This document shows, in pieces, positions 9,347-19,889 of a stretch of 64,000 bases of DNA. A program made the position numbers and the translations under genes. A model generated the notes under the pieces. That model did not search any database. It had not been told where the DNA came from and saw only the letters and a program-made list of their open reading frames with translations. The DNA lies in NCBI GenBank assembly GCA_035546035.1, contig DASZXC010000008.1, forward strand, positions 316,265 to 380,264. The letters are read 5' to 3'. Position 1 is the stretch's first letter. The number at the start of each line of letters is the position of its first letter. The DNA comes from Minisyncoccota bacterium (GTDB lineage: Bacteria; Patescibacteriota; Minisyncoccia; Phycocordibacterales; UBA6065).

Positions 9347-9417
9347 CGGGCGATGAGGGAATCGAACCCCCGACAAGGCGTTTGGAGTGCCTCGTTATGC
9401 CACTTAACTAATCGCCC
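9347..9417 (-). tRNA. tRNA-Trp (anticodon CCA)
   Basis: The reverse complement folds as GGGCGAT/ATCGCCC acceptor, GGTTCGATTCC T-arm and CTCCAAA anticodon loop. The discriminator is G and the 3' CCA is not encoded. Confidence 0.8.
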
Positions 9418-9587
9418 TTGCTAGGGATTTATACCATAAAACTCTTAATTTTTCCTTATGGAGCGGGTAAGAGAAAAGCCCAAGCGTTTGCTTGAGCTCT
9501 CCTGAATGCAACGATCCGATGTCGAATCGGACCAGTGGGTTACCCCAAATGTAATATAAGTATATACTTCTTCCCGTACTAATCAAT

Positions 9588-10745
9588 ATGGAACCGCTCG
9601 CGAACAAGATACGCCCTGAAAGACTGAAGGATTTCGTCGGTCAGGAAGAGCTGGTCGGATCAGGGAAGCCGCTCCGCAAAGCGATCGAGGATCGCCATCT
9701 TTTCTCGTTCATACTCTGGGGTCCGCCGGGCGTGGGCAAGACCACTCTCGCGCGCATATATGCCAAGGCTCTCGACGCGCGATTCTATGAATTGTCTGCA
9801 GTCTCTGCGGGCAAAGAAGACATACGTAAGATCGTAGATGGTTCGACGCTCCTTGATCAGCGCCCGAAAGTGCTATTTCTCGACGAGATCCATCGCTTCA
9901 ACAAGGCCCAGCAGGATTTCCTTTTGCCGTTCGTCGAGAGCGGCCGGCTGACATTGATCGGCGCGACGACGGAGAATCCGTCTTTCGAAGTCATATCCGC
10001 ATTGCTCTCGCGCTGCCGCGTATTCGTCCTGAAGAGCCTTGCCGAAGATGATATAAAAGCGATCGTAAAAAGGACCAAGCTCAACATACCGAAAGATGCG
10101 CTCGATTGGCTTGCCTCCTTGGCCAACGGCGATGCGCGCATCGCTCTGACTGCTTTGGATAATGCCCAAAAATTATACGGGTCCGTGACACTCGAAAATC
10201 TCAAAAAAGCCTTCGAACAGATATTTATTCGCTTCGATAAAAAGGGCGAAGAGCACTATGACACCATTTCGGCATTCATAAAATCGATGCGTTCGGGTGA
10301 CGCTGATGCCGCGCTCTATTACTTGGCCCGCATGATCGAGGGCGGCGAGGACCCGAAATTCATAGCCCGTCGCATGGTCATATTCGCATCCGAAGATATC
10401 GGCCTGGCCCAGCCGACGGCGCTTGTCGTCGCGAACGAGGTATTCCGCGCGGTCGAAACGATCGGCTTGCCCGAAGCGGCCATCAATCTGGCTCACGGCA
10501 CGGCGTATCTCGCGCTCGCCGCCAAAGACCGCTCGTCATATGACGCGTATTTCGAAGCGCTCGACGACGTTAAGAAACTCGGTAATCTGCCTATTCCCCT
10601 GAAGATCCGCAATGCGCCGACCAAGCTCATGAGAGGGCTCGGCTATCACAAAGGCTATAAGAAATACGATGCCGACAGTTACCTGCCGGACAAGATAAAG
10701 GGGAAGAGATATCTGAAAAGAAGCAATAAAAAACCGAATCAGTGA
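9588..10745 (+). CDS. rarA: Replication-associated recombination protein A (AAA+ ATPase)
   Basis: Walker A GPPGVGKTT, Walker B LFLDEIHRF and the MgsA/RarA C-terminal domains are present. Confidence 0.9.
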   Translation: MEPLANKIRPERLKDFVGQEELVGSGKPLRKAIEDRHLFSFILWGPPGVGKTTLARIYAKALDARFYELSAVSAGKEDIRKIVDGSTLLDQRPKVLFLDEIHRFNKAQQDFLLPFVESGRLTLIGATTENPSFEVISALLSRCRVFVLKSLAEDDIKAIVKRTKLNIPKDALDWLASLANGDARIALTALDNAQKLYGSVTLENLKKAFEQIFIRFDKKGEEHYDTISAFIKSMRSGDADAALYYLARMIEGGEDPKFIARRMVIFASEDIGLAQPTALVVANEVFRAVETIGLPEAAINLAHGTAYLALAAKDRSSYDAYFEALDDVKKLGNLPIPLKIRNAPTKLMRGLGYHKGYKKYDADSYLPDKIKGKRYLKRSNKKPNQ

Positions 10746-10803
10746 AGATTCGGTTAGCTATCAAAGGATGAGCTGTTTGAGTTGATTCAAAGTAGAGGGC
10801 AAA

Positions 10804-11721
10804 TTACTCTGCCTCGTCAGAAGAAATAAATCCGTTGACCTCGCGCTCGATTTTTTGAGCGGAACCGAGAGGGAACCATCTGATATCAGGGTTACGTCTG
10901 AACCACGTCATCTGGCGTTTGGCAAAATGCGCGATGTCTTGTTCGAGGGCGGCGAGAGCCGCTTCTTTTGATGATTTTTCCTGAAGGATAAGAGCGAGGT
11001 ATCGGTATTCGAGACCGAAATCGTGAAGGCGTTTCCAGGAGACACCTTTTTTTCGTAGGCTTTCGACTTCGCGGAGCATCTTTTCGCCGCGCATGCGTTT
11101 CATCAGGCGATCATGGATGCGCTTTCGGAGCATTTCTTTATCAGTTTCAAGCCCGATGAACAGGGTTTCATATCGTTGAATGCGTTTTTGCTTCGGGACT
11201 TCGCCCAGAGCGTGCGCAATCTCGATGGCGCGGATGATGCGGACTTTATTATGCGGGTCCATCGTCTTTGCGCGCCGTGGATCGAGCCTTTTTAGCTCGC
11301 GCATCAGGGCCTCGGCAGATTTTTTCGCGAGCTTAGCGCGCAGGGCTTTGTTCGGAGGCACGGCAGGGAATTGCTCGTCCCAAATCAACGCGTCTATGTA
11401 GAATCCTGTGCCGCCACAGATGATAGGCAGCTTGCCGCGCGACAAGATATCTGCGAGCGCGGCCGCGCCGTCCCGTTTGAATTTTTCTACCGTATAACGA
11501 TCGCCCTTTGGGTTCGCGACATCGAGCAAATGATGCGGCACGCCTTTCATCTCGCGCCTCGTTATCTTGCCTGCGCCGATATCGAGGCTGCGATAGACCT
11601 GGCGCGAATCAGCGGATATCACTTCGCCGTCAAAGCGGCGCGCGATCGCGACGGCGAGGTCGCTTTTTCCCGTCGCCGTCGGTCCGACAATAGCGACGAT
11701 CCTGGGCAATTTCTTCGTCAT
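10804..11721 (-). CDS. miaA: tRNA dimethylallyltransferase
   Basis: P-loop IVGPTATGKS and ...DSRQVYR..DIGAGK... Start taken at MTKKLP; the longer GTG-initiated ORF would overlap tRNA-Leu. Confidence 0.9.
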   Translation of the reverse strand: MTKKLPRIVAIVGPTATGKSDLAVAIARRFDGEVISADSRQVYRSLDIGAGKITRREMKGVPHHLLDVANPKGDRYTVEKFKRDGAAALADILSRGKLPIICGGTGFYIDALIWDEQFPAVPPNKALRAKLAKKSAEALMRELKRLDPRRAKTMDPHNKVRIIRAIEIAHALGEVPKQKRIQRYETLFIGLETDKEMLRKRIHDRLMKRMRGEKMLREVESLRKKGVSWKRLHDFGLEYRYLALILQEKSSKEAALAALEQDIAHFAKRQMTWFRRNPDIRWFPLGSAQKIEREVNGFISSDEAE

Positions 11722-11727
11722 AAGAAT

Positions 11728-11811
11728 TGGTGCCGGAGGAGGGACTCGAACCCTCACACCTTTCGATACGCGATTTTGAGTCGCGCGCGTCTGCCATTCC
11801 GCCACTCCGGC
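11728..11811 (-). tRNA. tRNA-Leu (anticodon CAA), type II with long variable arm
   Basis: The reverse complement is GCCGGAG-TGGCGGAATGGCAGACGCG-CGCGA CTCAAAA TCGCG-long V arm-GGGTTCGAGTCCC-CTCCGGC-ACCA (CCA encoded). The D-arm closely resembles canonical Leu tRNAs. Confidence 0.8.
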
Positions 11812-11867
11812 TTGTGCACCAACGTTACAATAAAATTGTGATAAAATCTATCAATCACGAACCGACC

Positions 11868-12887
11868 ATGCAATCACAATTCTCCGGCGACTCCATCTTC
11901 TGGATAGACACTGAAAAGATACGGCCGAACCCGTACCAACCTCGACGCGAATTCGACGAAGCCGCATTGCGCGCGCTCGCTGAGTCTATCCGCATGTACG
12001 GCTTGCTCCAGCCTCTCGTCGTCACGCGGACTGAATTGGCCAAAGAAGACGGCGGCCTGACCGTAGAATACGAGCTCATCTCGGGCGAGCGCCGATTGCG
12101 CGCGTCCAAACTGCTCGGCTTGCCGCAAGTCCCCGCTATTATCCGCGCCGATTCTGAGAATGCGCGGCTCAAGCTCGAGCTCGCCATCATCGAGAATTTG
12201 CAGCGCGAAGACTTGAATCCCGTCGAACGCGCCCGCTCATTCCAGCAATTGTCCGAAGAATTCGGCTTGAAGCATATCCAGATCGCCCAGAAGGTGGGCA
12301 AGAGCCGCGAATATGTGTCGAACTCTATCCGATTGCTCGCATTGCCCGCTGACGCTCTCGATGCGCTCTCGCAGGGTCAGATCTCTGAAGGCCATGCGCG
12401 CCCTCTTTTGATGCTCTCCGACCGTCCGCAGGAACAGGCGACCTTGTTCAAGGAAATAATGTTCAAGCGTCTGACCGTGCGCGAGACCGAGCTCATCGCC
12501 CGCACTATCGCCGTCGAGAGATCGCGCAAGGCGAAAGTCGCCGCGAACCTCGAGCTCGCCGAATTCGAAAAGAAGCTCTCCGAAGCGCTCCATACCCGCG
12601 TCCAGATCGAGCAGCGCCAGAAGGGCGGCAAGATCACGATCGATTTCTTCTCGCCGGAGGACCTTAAATCCATCATGGACATGGTCCAAGGCGGAAGGGT
12701 AGCCGTCGTCGCATCCGCTCCCGCGGCTCCGGTCGCGTCTGGTGCGCCTGCCGTCTCCGTCGCCGACGTGCCCGCTGAAACCCCTGCTACGAGCGCCGCA
12801 TCGCCTATAGACGACCGATCGAAAGACGAGATCAAGGAGGACGAGAACTCCGAAGACCTCTACTCTCTCAAGAATTTTTCGCTCTAA
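11868..12887 (+). CDS. parB: Chromosome partitioning protein ParB (Spo0J)
   Basis: ParB box GERRLRAS and the HTH region; the C-terminus is rich in Ala/Pro/Ser. Start taken at MQSQFSG. Confidence 0.85.
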   Translation: MQSQFSGDSIFWIDTEKIRPNPYQPRREFDEAALRALAESIRMYGLLQPLVVTRTELAKEDGGLTVEYELISGERRLRASKLLGLPQVPAIIRADSENARLKLELAIIENLQREDLNPVERARSFQQLSEEFGLKHIQIAQKVGKSREYVSNSIRLLALPADALDALSQGQISEGHARPLLMLSDRPQEQATLFKEIMFKRLTVRETELIARTIAVERSRKAKVAANLELAEFEKKLSEALHTRVQIEQRQKGGKITIDFFSPEDLKSIMDMVQGGRVAVVASAPAAPVASGAPAVSVADVPAETPATSAASPIDDRSKDEIKEDENSEDLYSLKNFSL

Positions 12888-12917
12888 TCATAGAAAATCG
12901 CCCGGTCGGGCGATTTT

Positions 12918-15113
12918 CTATTCCTTCTTATCGGCTTTCGCCTTTCGTACGAACCCGCGCTTCTTTTTCGGTTCTTTGAATATCTCGAGGGCGCGTGCGA
13001 GCTCTATCTTGTACACGTCATCAGGCGCTTTGACCGAGCGGAAGTCTGCGTCGTGGACGATATAGGGGCCGAAGCGGCCGATATTCGCGGTGATGGGCTT
13101 CTGGGTCTCCGGATGATTGCCGAGGACGCGGGGAAGCGATAGATAATGGACCGCTTGGGCGAGCGTCACTTCTTCGGGCTTCACTTCTTTCGGCACGGAT
13201 GCGCGACGGAGCTTTTCTTTCTTCCGGAATATCTCGCCTGTCGGCATCTCGACGTACGGGCCGTATTTGCCGGATTTGAGCGTGATCTCTCTGCCGGTAT
13301 CGGGATGAATGCCGATGACTTTGTCTTTCGGCATCTCGGTTCCGTCTATAAGCAGAGCGCCGTCGCAGTCGGGATATCGCGAGCACGATAAGAATTTGCC
13401 GGAGCGGCCGAGCTTGATGATCATCGGCGATCCGCATTTCGGGCATCTGATGTTCGGATCGGCGTCGCCGAGGTTCGTCGCCTTGTCGAGCTTTTCCTTG
13501 GCTTTGACTTCCTTGGTGAACGGCTTATAGAAATCAGACAGCGTCTTTTCGTATTTGGCCGTGCCGTCGGCGATGAGGTCGAGCTTGTCCTCCATATCCG
13601 CGGTAAACGTATCGCTGATGTACTGGCTGAAGTTGTCTTCGAGGAAGGTCGAGACGACTTCGCCCGTGTCCGTAGGGCGGAGGTTGCGGTTCTCCTTGGT
13701 CACGTATTCGCGGTCTTCGAGCGTCTTTATGATCGACGCGTACGTCGAAGGCCTGCCGATGCCGCGTTTTTCCAGTTCTTTGACGAGGCCCGCTTCCGAA
13801 TATCGTGACGGGGGCTCGGTGAATTTCTGGAGCGAAGATATGTCGACGAGATTCAGCTTGTCGCCCTGCGACACTTTCGGCAATTCGACGTCTTCGCCCT
13901 GGGCGGCTGGATCGGCGTCGAGCCAGCCTCTATATATAGTGCGCGAGCCGTTCGCCTGGAAGTCGGGGATCGACTTCGAAGCGGTGTTCGCGAGGATCCT
14001 GGTCCTCATGACGCGGGCGTCTTTCATCTGCGAAGCGACCGCGCGGGCCCAGATGAGGGAGTAGAGCTTCTTTTCCTCGTCGGTGTTGCCGGCCGCGCGC
14101 TTGGATGCGGTCGTCGGTCGGACGGCCTCGTGAGCCTCCTGGGCATTCTTCGATTTTGTCGCGAAGGCGCGGATCTCGACCAGGTCTTTGCCGAATGCCG
14201 ATTCGATCGTCGCCGCGATCTGGCCGACGGCCTGCTTTGACAGAGTCGTCGAGTCGGTTCGCATGTAGGTGATGTGGCCGGATTCGTAGAGCTTCTGCGC
14301 TATGCGCATGGTGCGCGACGGCGAGAAGCCGAGGCGTGTCGATGCGGCCTGCTGGAGGGTAGACGTCGTGAACGGCGCGCGCGGGGAGCGCTTTGCCTCG
14401 GTCTCTTCGACCGCTACGACGCTCCACGATTCTCTTTCGCCGACGGATACGATGCGTTCGGCTTCCTTTTGGGCGCGAGGCTCTTCGGAGCATACGAGAG
14501 ATAGCTTTCCCTTTTTCGGCGTCGTGGTTTCAGCGGTTATCACGAAATATTCTTCAGGCTTGAATGCCTTTATCTCGCGCTCGCGCTCGACGAGGATGCG
14601 GAGGGCGGGTGACTGCACGCGCCCGGCGGAGAGGCCGTAGCGCACTTTCTTCCAGATGACGCCGGAGAGGTCGTATCCCACGAGCCTGTCGAGGACGCGG
14701 CGGGCTTCCTGGGCGCGGCGCAGATTCTCATCTATATCGCGCGGGGATTTAAGGGCCTCGATGATGGCGTCCTTGGTTATCTCGTGGAATACCACGCGCT
14801 TTACCGGCTTTTTACCGAAATTGACGGCCTCGGCGATGTGCCATGCGATCGCTTCGCCTTCGCGATCGGGGTCGGTCGCGAGCAAGACCTCGGAAGATTT
14901 CTTGGCGAGTCGCTCGATGTCGGCCAGGACCTTGTCCTTGCCCGCGGACACTTCGTAGTGAGGCGTGAAGTGCTCCATGTCTATCGCTTTCTTATTCGAT
15001 TTCGGAAGGTCGCGCACGTGGCCGACCGACGCGACGACGGTGTATTCGTCGCCGAGATATTTCCCGATCGTTTTGGCTTTTGCCGGAGACTCTACTATGA
15101 GGAGTTTCGACAT
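12918..15113 (-). CDS. topA: DNA topoisomerase I
   Basis: N-terminal TOPRIM MSKLLIVESPAKAKTI, the active-site Tyr region, and C-terminal Zn-ribbon repeats (CPKCGSPM...). Confidence 0.95.
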   Translation of the reverse strand: MSKLLIVESPAKAKTIGKYLGDEYTVVASVGHVRDLPKSNKKAIDMEHFTPHYEVSAGKDKVLADIERLAKKSSEVLLATDPDREGEAIAWHIAEAVNFGKKPVKRVVFHEITKDAIIEALKSPRDIDENLRRAQEARRVLDRLVGYDLSGVIWKKVRYGLSAGRVQSPALRILVEREREIKAFKPEEYFVITAETTTPKKGKLSLVCSEEPRAQKEAERIVSVGERESWSVVAVEETEAKRSPRAPFTTSTLQQAASTRLGFSPSRTMRIAQKLYESGHITYMRTDSTTLSKQAVGQIAATIESAFGKDLVEIRAFATKSKNAQEAHEAVRPTTASKRAAGNTDEEKKLYSLIWARAVASQMKDARVMRTRILANTASKSIPDFQANGSRTIYRGWLDADPAAQGEDVELPKVSQGDKLNLVDISSLQKFTEPPSRYSEAGLVKELEKRGIGRPSTYASIIKTLEDREYVTKENRNLRPTDTGEVVSTFLEDNFSQYISDTFTADMEDKLDLIADGTAKYEKTLSDFYKPFTKEVKAKEKLDKATNLGDADPNIRCPKCGSPMIIKLGRSGKFLSCSRYPDCDGALLIDGTEMPKDKVIGIHPDTGREITLKSGKYGPYVEMPTGEIFRKKEKLRRASVPKEVKPEEVTLAQAVHYLSLPRVLGNHPETQKPITANIGRFGPYIVHDADFRSVKAPDDVYKIELARALEIFKEPKKKRGFVRKAKADKKE

Positions 15114-15196
15114 ACGTTGTGCAAAGTATTACATGAATGGAAAAAATATAGCAAACGGAGCTGAAGGGAATATGAAGGCCGGATCGCATCCGGCAA

Positions 15197-15229
15197 AAGA
15201 AAAAAGCCGCCTCGCGGACGGGGCGGCTT
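15197..15229 (-). terminator. Rho-independent terminator downstream of the 15246-15743 gene
   Basis: On the minus strand, GCCGCCCCGTCCGCGAGGCGGC is followed by TTTTTTCTTTT. Confidence 0.6.
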
Positions 15230-15245
15230 TGCAGCGATCTTATAG

Positions 15246-15743
15246 TCAGGCTTGGGGAATCGGTCGGTTCTTGTGGATGCTCCGATCGAGCTGCTCCCTC
15301 CACCGGCGGCTGTCTGCCTCGCTTTTGGTTATGCAGGCGTAGCAGTCTTTGGCCGCCAGGGGGAAGGACGAAACCCGCGACACGCTGTGCGGAGACCGCT
15401 GCTGCGTGGTGAGGGTGAGCGTCACGCCGTCGACGGGAGCCGAGATGAAGAGGCCGTTGAGGAGTTGGGGGTGGACTCTCAGTCTCTCCATGTCGCATGC
15501 TTCCGCGGGAGCGAGACCGATGCTGTCTAAAGCCTCGATCACGCGTCGCTCCGAAGGAGCCGGCGAGTTGATCTTGGACGTGACGACGTAGATATCCACG
15601 CCGTCGATCGTCCGTTTGAAGACGAGCCTGAATTTCGAATGCTTGCCGAAGCGGCTGAAATAGTGGTTGAAGGCTTTGGACGCGAGGACCAGGAGCGCGA
15701 CTGCCACGATGAGGGCGAACAGGTTGGTAAGGACTTCTTTCAT
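15246..15743 (-). CDS. Hypothetical membrane-anchored protein (165 aa)
   Basis: N-terminal TM segment (LFALIVAVALLVLA). It lies between dprA and topA. Confidence 0.45.
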   Translation of the reverse strand: MKEVLTNLFALIVAVALLVLASKAFNHYFSRFGKHSKFRLVFKRTIDGVDIYVVTSKINSPAPSERRVIEALDSIGLAPAEACDMERLRVHPQLLNGLFISAPVDGVTLTLTTQQRSPHSVSRVSSFPLAAKDCYACITKSEADSRRWREQLDRSIHKNRPIPQA

Positions 15744-15784
15744 AAAGGAGATTCTCTATGATTATATACCAAAAATCAGTTTTG

Positions 15785-16669
15785 TCAATCAGCAGCCAGG
15801 CGCAACCTGTCGCCGTCTTTTCGGAGGATCTTCTTCAATTCGAGCCCTGATATCAGGATGTTGAGCTCCGTCGCGTCCATTGCCAGCTTCTCTACCAGCC
15901 GGTCGTACGTGCAGGGCTCGAAAAGGGCTGTGATGACCTTGCGTTCATCAGCGGATAGGTCTTTGTAATCAGGTTTCGCCCGCGGCGTTGCAGAAAGTCT
16001 GAGCGCCTCGATCAAGGCTTCCTGGGATATGATCGGCGTCGCGCCATCTTTTATATATGAATGCGGTCCGGCACTCTTTTTCGAGAATATGGAGCCGGGC
16101 ACGATGAGCACGTCGCGGTGGAAGCTCTCTGCCTGCCGCGCGGTGATCATCGTTCCCGAATCCTCTTCGCATTCGATGACGAGCGTCGCCTGGGCTATTC
16201 CCGCCATGATCCTGTTTCTATAGGGGAAGGTCCATTTATTGCCCATGATCGTCTCGTCGAACGGAGACAGCAGACATCCGCCTGCCGCCAGTATCCGGCG
16301 CGCCAGTCCGATATGGTTCGCGGGATATATCATCTCGTCCGAAAGGCCCGAACCTGGTACGGCCATGGTATGGATACCATTCTTCAATGCCGCTTCGTGG
16401 GCGATCGAATCTATCCCGTATGCCAGTCCGGATACGATGACGACGGGCAGTCCGCGCAGTCCGGCGATCAGATATTCGCACGCGGCCTTGCCGTATTCGG
16501 TGTATCGCCGCGATCCCACGATAGTGAGGAATACGTGGTCTTCGGGCGGCATTTCACCGCGGATATAAAGGCGATCGGGGACGCTCGATGCGTTTTCGAG
16601 CGCTTCTTCGAGGAGGCGCGGGTAATCCGCGCGCTCGATCGTCCTGATTTCTTCATGAATGGAATTCAT
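15785..16669 (-). CDS. dprA: DNA processing protein A
   Basis: Rossmann-like DprA core ...IVSGLAYGIDSIAHEAAL...MAVPGSGL...GTMITAR... plus a C-terminal winged-helix domain. Confidence 0.85.
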   Translation of the reverse strand: MNSIHEEIRTIERADYPRLLEEALENASSVPDRLYIRGEMPPEDHVFLTIVGSRRYTEYGKAACEYLIAGLRGLPVVIVSGLAYGIDSIAHEAALKNGIHTMAVPGSGLSDEMIYPANHIGLARRILAAGGCLLSPFDETIMGNKWTFPYRNRIMAGIAQATLVIECEEDSGTMITARQAESFHRDVLIVPGSIFSKKSAGPHSYIKDGATPIISQEALIEALRLSATPRAKPDYKDLSADERKVITALFEPCTYDRLVEKLAMDATELNILISGLELKKILRKDGDRLRLAAD

Positions 16670-16713
16670 ACGTGAACCAGTGTAGGATAGGAAGATAAAG
16701 AAAAGATTAAGAC

Positions 16714-17979
16714 ATGCTCGATATCAAATTTATCCGAGAGAATAAAGAGCTCGTCAAAGCCGGCGCCGAAAAGAAGCGCGTCCGGATAGATATAGACGGC
16801 CTTCTCGCGCTTGACGACAAGCGCCGCGAGCTTATGTCTTCGATCGAGACGAAGCGCGCAGAGCAGAACGCCGTATCGGCGAAATTGCCGTCGGTTTCGG
16901 CCGACATGAAGACGACCCTCCTTGAATCCATGAAGAAGCTCAAGGCTGACATGGCGACCGAAGAAGAGGCTCTCAAGAAAATTATGGCGGACTGGCAGGG
17001 ATTCATGCTTCGAGTGCCGAATATCCCCGATATGTCTGTCCCGGAAGGCGAGACCGACGCGGATAATAAAGAGATCAAAGTCTGGGGCGACAAGACCGCG
17101 TTCTCTTTCCCGGCGAAAGACCATGTTGAGATCATGACCGCTCTCGGTATGGTGGATTTCGAGCGCGGCGCGAAAGTTCACGGCTTCCGCGGATACTTTT
17201 TGACGGGCGAAGGCGCGCGCCTTTCGTTCGCGATCTGGAACTACGCGATGGAGTTCTTCAGCAAGCGCGGATTCACGCCGGTCATACCTCCGACCATCGT
17301 GCGCAAGGAGAACCTCTACGGCACGGCGCATCTTCCGGGCGACGTCGAAGACTATTATATGACCCAGGACGGCGACGCTCTCGCCGGCACGGCCGAAGTG
17401 CCCGTCATGGCATACCATTCGGGCGAGACGCTCGACGCCAGGTCGTTCCCGATAAAGTACCTGGGCTTCTCTCCCTGCTACAGGCGCGAAGCGGGAAGCC
17501 ATTCGAAGGACGTGAAGGGTCTCATCCGCGTCCATGAGTTCTATAAGCTGGAGCAAGTCGTCCTTTGCGAGGCGTCGCACGAGACGTCGGTGAAGCTCCA
17601 CGAGGAGCTCAACAGGAATACCGAAGAGTTCATCGAGTCCCTCGGCATCCCGTATCACACGGTCGTGAACTGCGGCGGCGATCTCGGTCTGGGCCAGGTG
17701 AAGAAATACGACATCGAGCTCTGGGTGCCGAAGGAAGGCAAGTACCGCGAGATATCGTCCGCGTCCTATTTCCATGATTTCCAGACGAGGCGATTCAATA
17801 TCCGCTATCGCGATGCGGCGGGGAAGCTCCAGTATGCGCATTCACTGAATTGCACCGCTATCCCGACGCCGCGCATACTTGTATCTCTGGTTGAGAATAA
17901 TCAGCAGGCAGACGGATCTATCCGTATTCCGGAAGCGCTCCAGAAATACCTCGGCGCCGACGTTATAAAGAAGAAATAG
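16714..17979 (+). CDS. serS: Seryl-tRNA synthetase
   Basis: N-terminal coiled coil and class II motifs (...FRREAGSHSKD...GLIRVHEF...). Confidence 0.95.
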   Translation: MLDIKFIRENKELVKAGAEKKRVRIDIDGLLALDDKRRELMSSIETKRAEQNAVSAKLPSVSADMKTTLLESMKKLKADMATEEEALKKIMADWQGFMLRVPNIPDMSVPEGETDADNKEIKVWGDKTAFSFPAKDHVEIMTALGMVDFERGAKVHGFRGYFLTGEGARLSFAIWNYAMEFFSKRGFTPVIPPTIVRKENLYGTAHLPGDVEDYYMTQDGDALAGTAEVPVMAYHSGETLDARSFPIKYLGFSPCYRREAGSHSKDVKGLIRVHEFYKLEQVVLCEASHETSVKLHEELNRNTEEFIESLGIPYHTVVNCGGDLGLGQVKKYDIELWVPKEGKYREISSASYFHDFQTRRFNIRYRDAAGKLQYAHSLNCTAIPTPRILVSLVENNQQADGSIRIPEALQKYLGADVIKKK

Positions 17980-17988
17980 CGCCGTCCG

Positions 17989-18819
17989 ATGCGAGACGTT
18001 CTCAAAACGCGTCAGGGAAAGCTCGCCGCCCGCCGCCGCAAGCGCGCCGCCTTCCTCCTTCTCTTTTTCGCGGCGGCGGCGGGCATCGTCTTCTCCGTCC
18101 TTTCTTTCGTTTCCCAGCTCGATTCTCTTTCCATCGATTCCGTCGCTATTAAAGGGAATGCCCGTATCCCGAGCTCTGCGCTCGAGAACATCGCTCTCGA
18201 AGAGATGGCGGGTAACGATCTTGGCTTCTTTTCGCGACGGAATATCTTCCTCTATCCTAAAAGCGATATCCGCGGCGCCGTCGCGGCGTTGCCTCTCGTG
18301 AAGGCAGCGAGCGTCGGTCGCGACGGCGCCCGCACGCTCCTTATATCCGTGACAGAACGCGATGAAACCGCGCTCTGGTGCGCGGGACTCACTCCCGATA
18401 CAGGCTGTTTCTCCATGGACGACGACGGCTTTATCTTCGACGGACAGCCGCATGAAGATCCGCAGCTCATAAAATACCGCGGCCTCGTCGCCTCTGACCC
18501 TGTCGGCAAGCATTTCCTTCCCGCCGACGAATTCAGGAAGATAAGCTTCTTTATGAACCAGCTCTCCGGGCTTTCGATCGAGCCGCGCGAAGCCGTCTTC
18601 TCCGGCACTTCGACCGCGCTCTATATGACGATCAAGCTCGCGGGCGGGGGAGACCTCATCGTCAATTCCGAGGACGACCTTTCGGCGGTGCTCTCGAATA
18701 TCGCCGCCGTCATATCGAATAAGGCCGTCGCCCCGTCGCTCTCCGAATTCCTTTTGAACCTCGATTATATGAAGCTCGACATAGGCAACAAGGTTGTCTA
18801 TAAGCTCAAGCCGCGATAA
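17989..18819 (+). CDS. FtsQ/DivIB-type cell-division protein (POTRA domain)
   Basis: Basic cytoplasmic tail, single TM segment, and a POTRA-like stretch (IDSVAIKGNARIPSSAL...). Confidence 0.5.
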   Translation: MRDVLKTRQGKLAARRRKRAAFLLLFFAAAAGIVFSVLSFVSQLDSLSIDSVAIKGNARIPSSALENIALEEMAGNDLGFFSRRNIFLYPKSDIRGAVAALPLVKAASVGRDGARTLLISVTERDETALWCAGLTPDTGCFSMDDDGFIFDGQPHEDPQLIKYRGLVASDPVGKHFLPADEFRKISFFMNQLSGLSIEPREAVFSGTSTALYMTIKLAGGGDLIVNSEDDLSAVLSNIAAVISNKAVAPSLSEFLLNLDYMKLDIGNKVVYKLKPR

Positions 18820-18828
18820 AGTGCGGGC

Positions 18829-19827
18829 ATGGATACCCCTACCGCTAATCTCGGCTTCTGGTCCAAGCTCAAAAAGCCCTTCTTCGTCCTTGCGCCTATG
18901 GCGGACGTGACCGACTGCGCCTTCAGGCGGATCATCGCCGAGCATGGGAGTCCCGACGTGTTCTGGACCGAGTTCGTCTCCGCTGACGGCCTCGCATCGC
19001 CGGGAAGAAAAGTCCTTCTCAAAGACCTCGAATTCACCGAGGCCGAGCATCCGATCGTCGCGCAGCTCTTCACGTCCAAGCCCGATAAGATGCGCGAGGC
19101 CGCGAAGCTCTGCCAGGAGCTCGGTTTCGACGGAATAGACATCAATATGGGCTGTCCCGACCGGTCCATAGAGAAGCAGGGAGCAGGCGCGGCCATGATC
19201 AAAGACCCGAAGACCGCCCGCGCCGTCATCCGCGCGGCGAAAGAAGGCGCGCCGGACCTTCCGGTCTCCGTAAAGACGCGCATCGGCTATAACAAGAACG
19301 AGATAGCGACCTGGATACCTGAGATCCTCGCCGAAAAGCCCGCCGCTCTGACTATTCACTGCCGCACTCGAAAGGAAATGTCCCTGGTCCCTGCACGCTG
19401 GGAGCATGTGCGGGAAGCGGCGGCTCTCCGCGACAGGCTTTCGCCCGAAACGCTCGTCATCGGGAACGGCGATGCCCGCGATATCGAAGACGCGCGGGCC
19501 AAAGCGCGCGAGTTCGGCGCCGACGGCGTTATGCTCGGCCGCGCCATCTTCGGAAATCCCTGGCTCTTCACGTCTCTTGGTAGGAACGGCGGCGAACAGA
19601 CCGTCCCTACCATAGAAGAGAAGCTCAAGGTCATGGTCGAGCACACCAGGCTCTTCGAAAAGCTCCTTGGCGGCATAAAGAGTTTCGCCGTCATGAAGAA
19701 GCACTACAAGGCATACGTGAACGGATTCGACGGCGCTAAAGAATTCCGGATGGAGCTCATGGAATGCGAGAACGCTTCCGAAGTGGCTGCCAAAGTCGAG
19801 GCTTTCTTGACAAAAACGAAAGTTTAG
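18829..19827 (+). CDS. tRNA-dihydrouridine synthase
   Basis: FVLAPMADVTDCAFRRI, a TIM-barrel Dus core and the catalytic-Cys region ITIHCRTRKEM. Confidence 0.85.
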   Translation: MDTPTANLGFWSKLKKPFFVLAPMADVTDCAFRRIIAEHGSPDVFWTEFVSADGLASPGRKVLLKDLEFTEAEHPIVAQLFTSKPDKMREAAKLCQELGFDGIDINMGCPDRSIEKQGAGAAMIKDPKTARAVIRAAKEGAPDLPVSVKTRIGYNKNEIATWIPEILAEKPAALTIHCRTRKEMSLVPARWEHVREAAALRDRLSPETLVIGNGDARDIEDARAKAREFGADGVMLGRAIFGNPWLFTSLGRNGGEQTVPTIEEKLKVMVEHTRLFEKLLGGIKSFAVMKKHYKAYVNGFDGAKEFRMELMECENASEVAAKVEAFLTKTKV

Positions 19828-19889
19828 GTCAATATACATTCTGTAACGGGCTTTGCGGCCCATAGCTCCAACCTCAACCCATCGGAATC

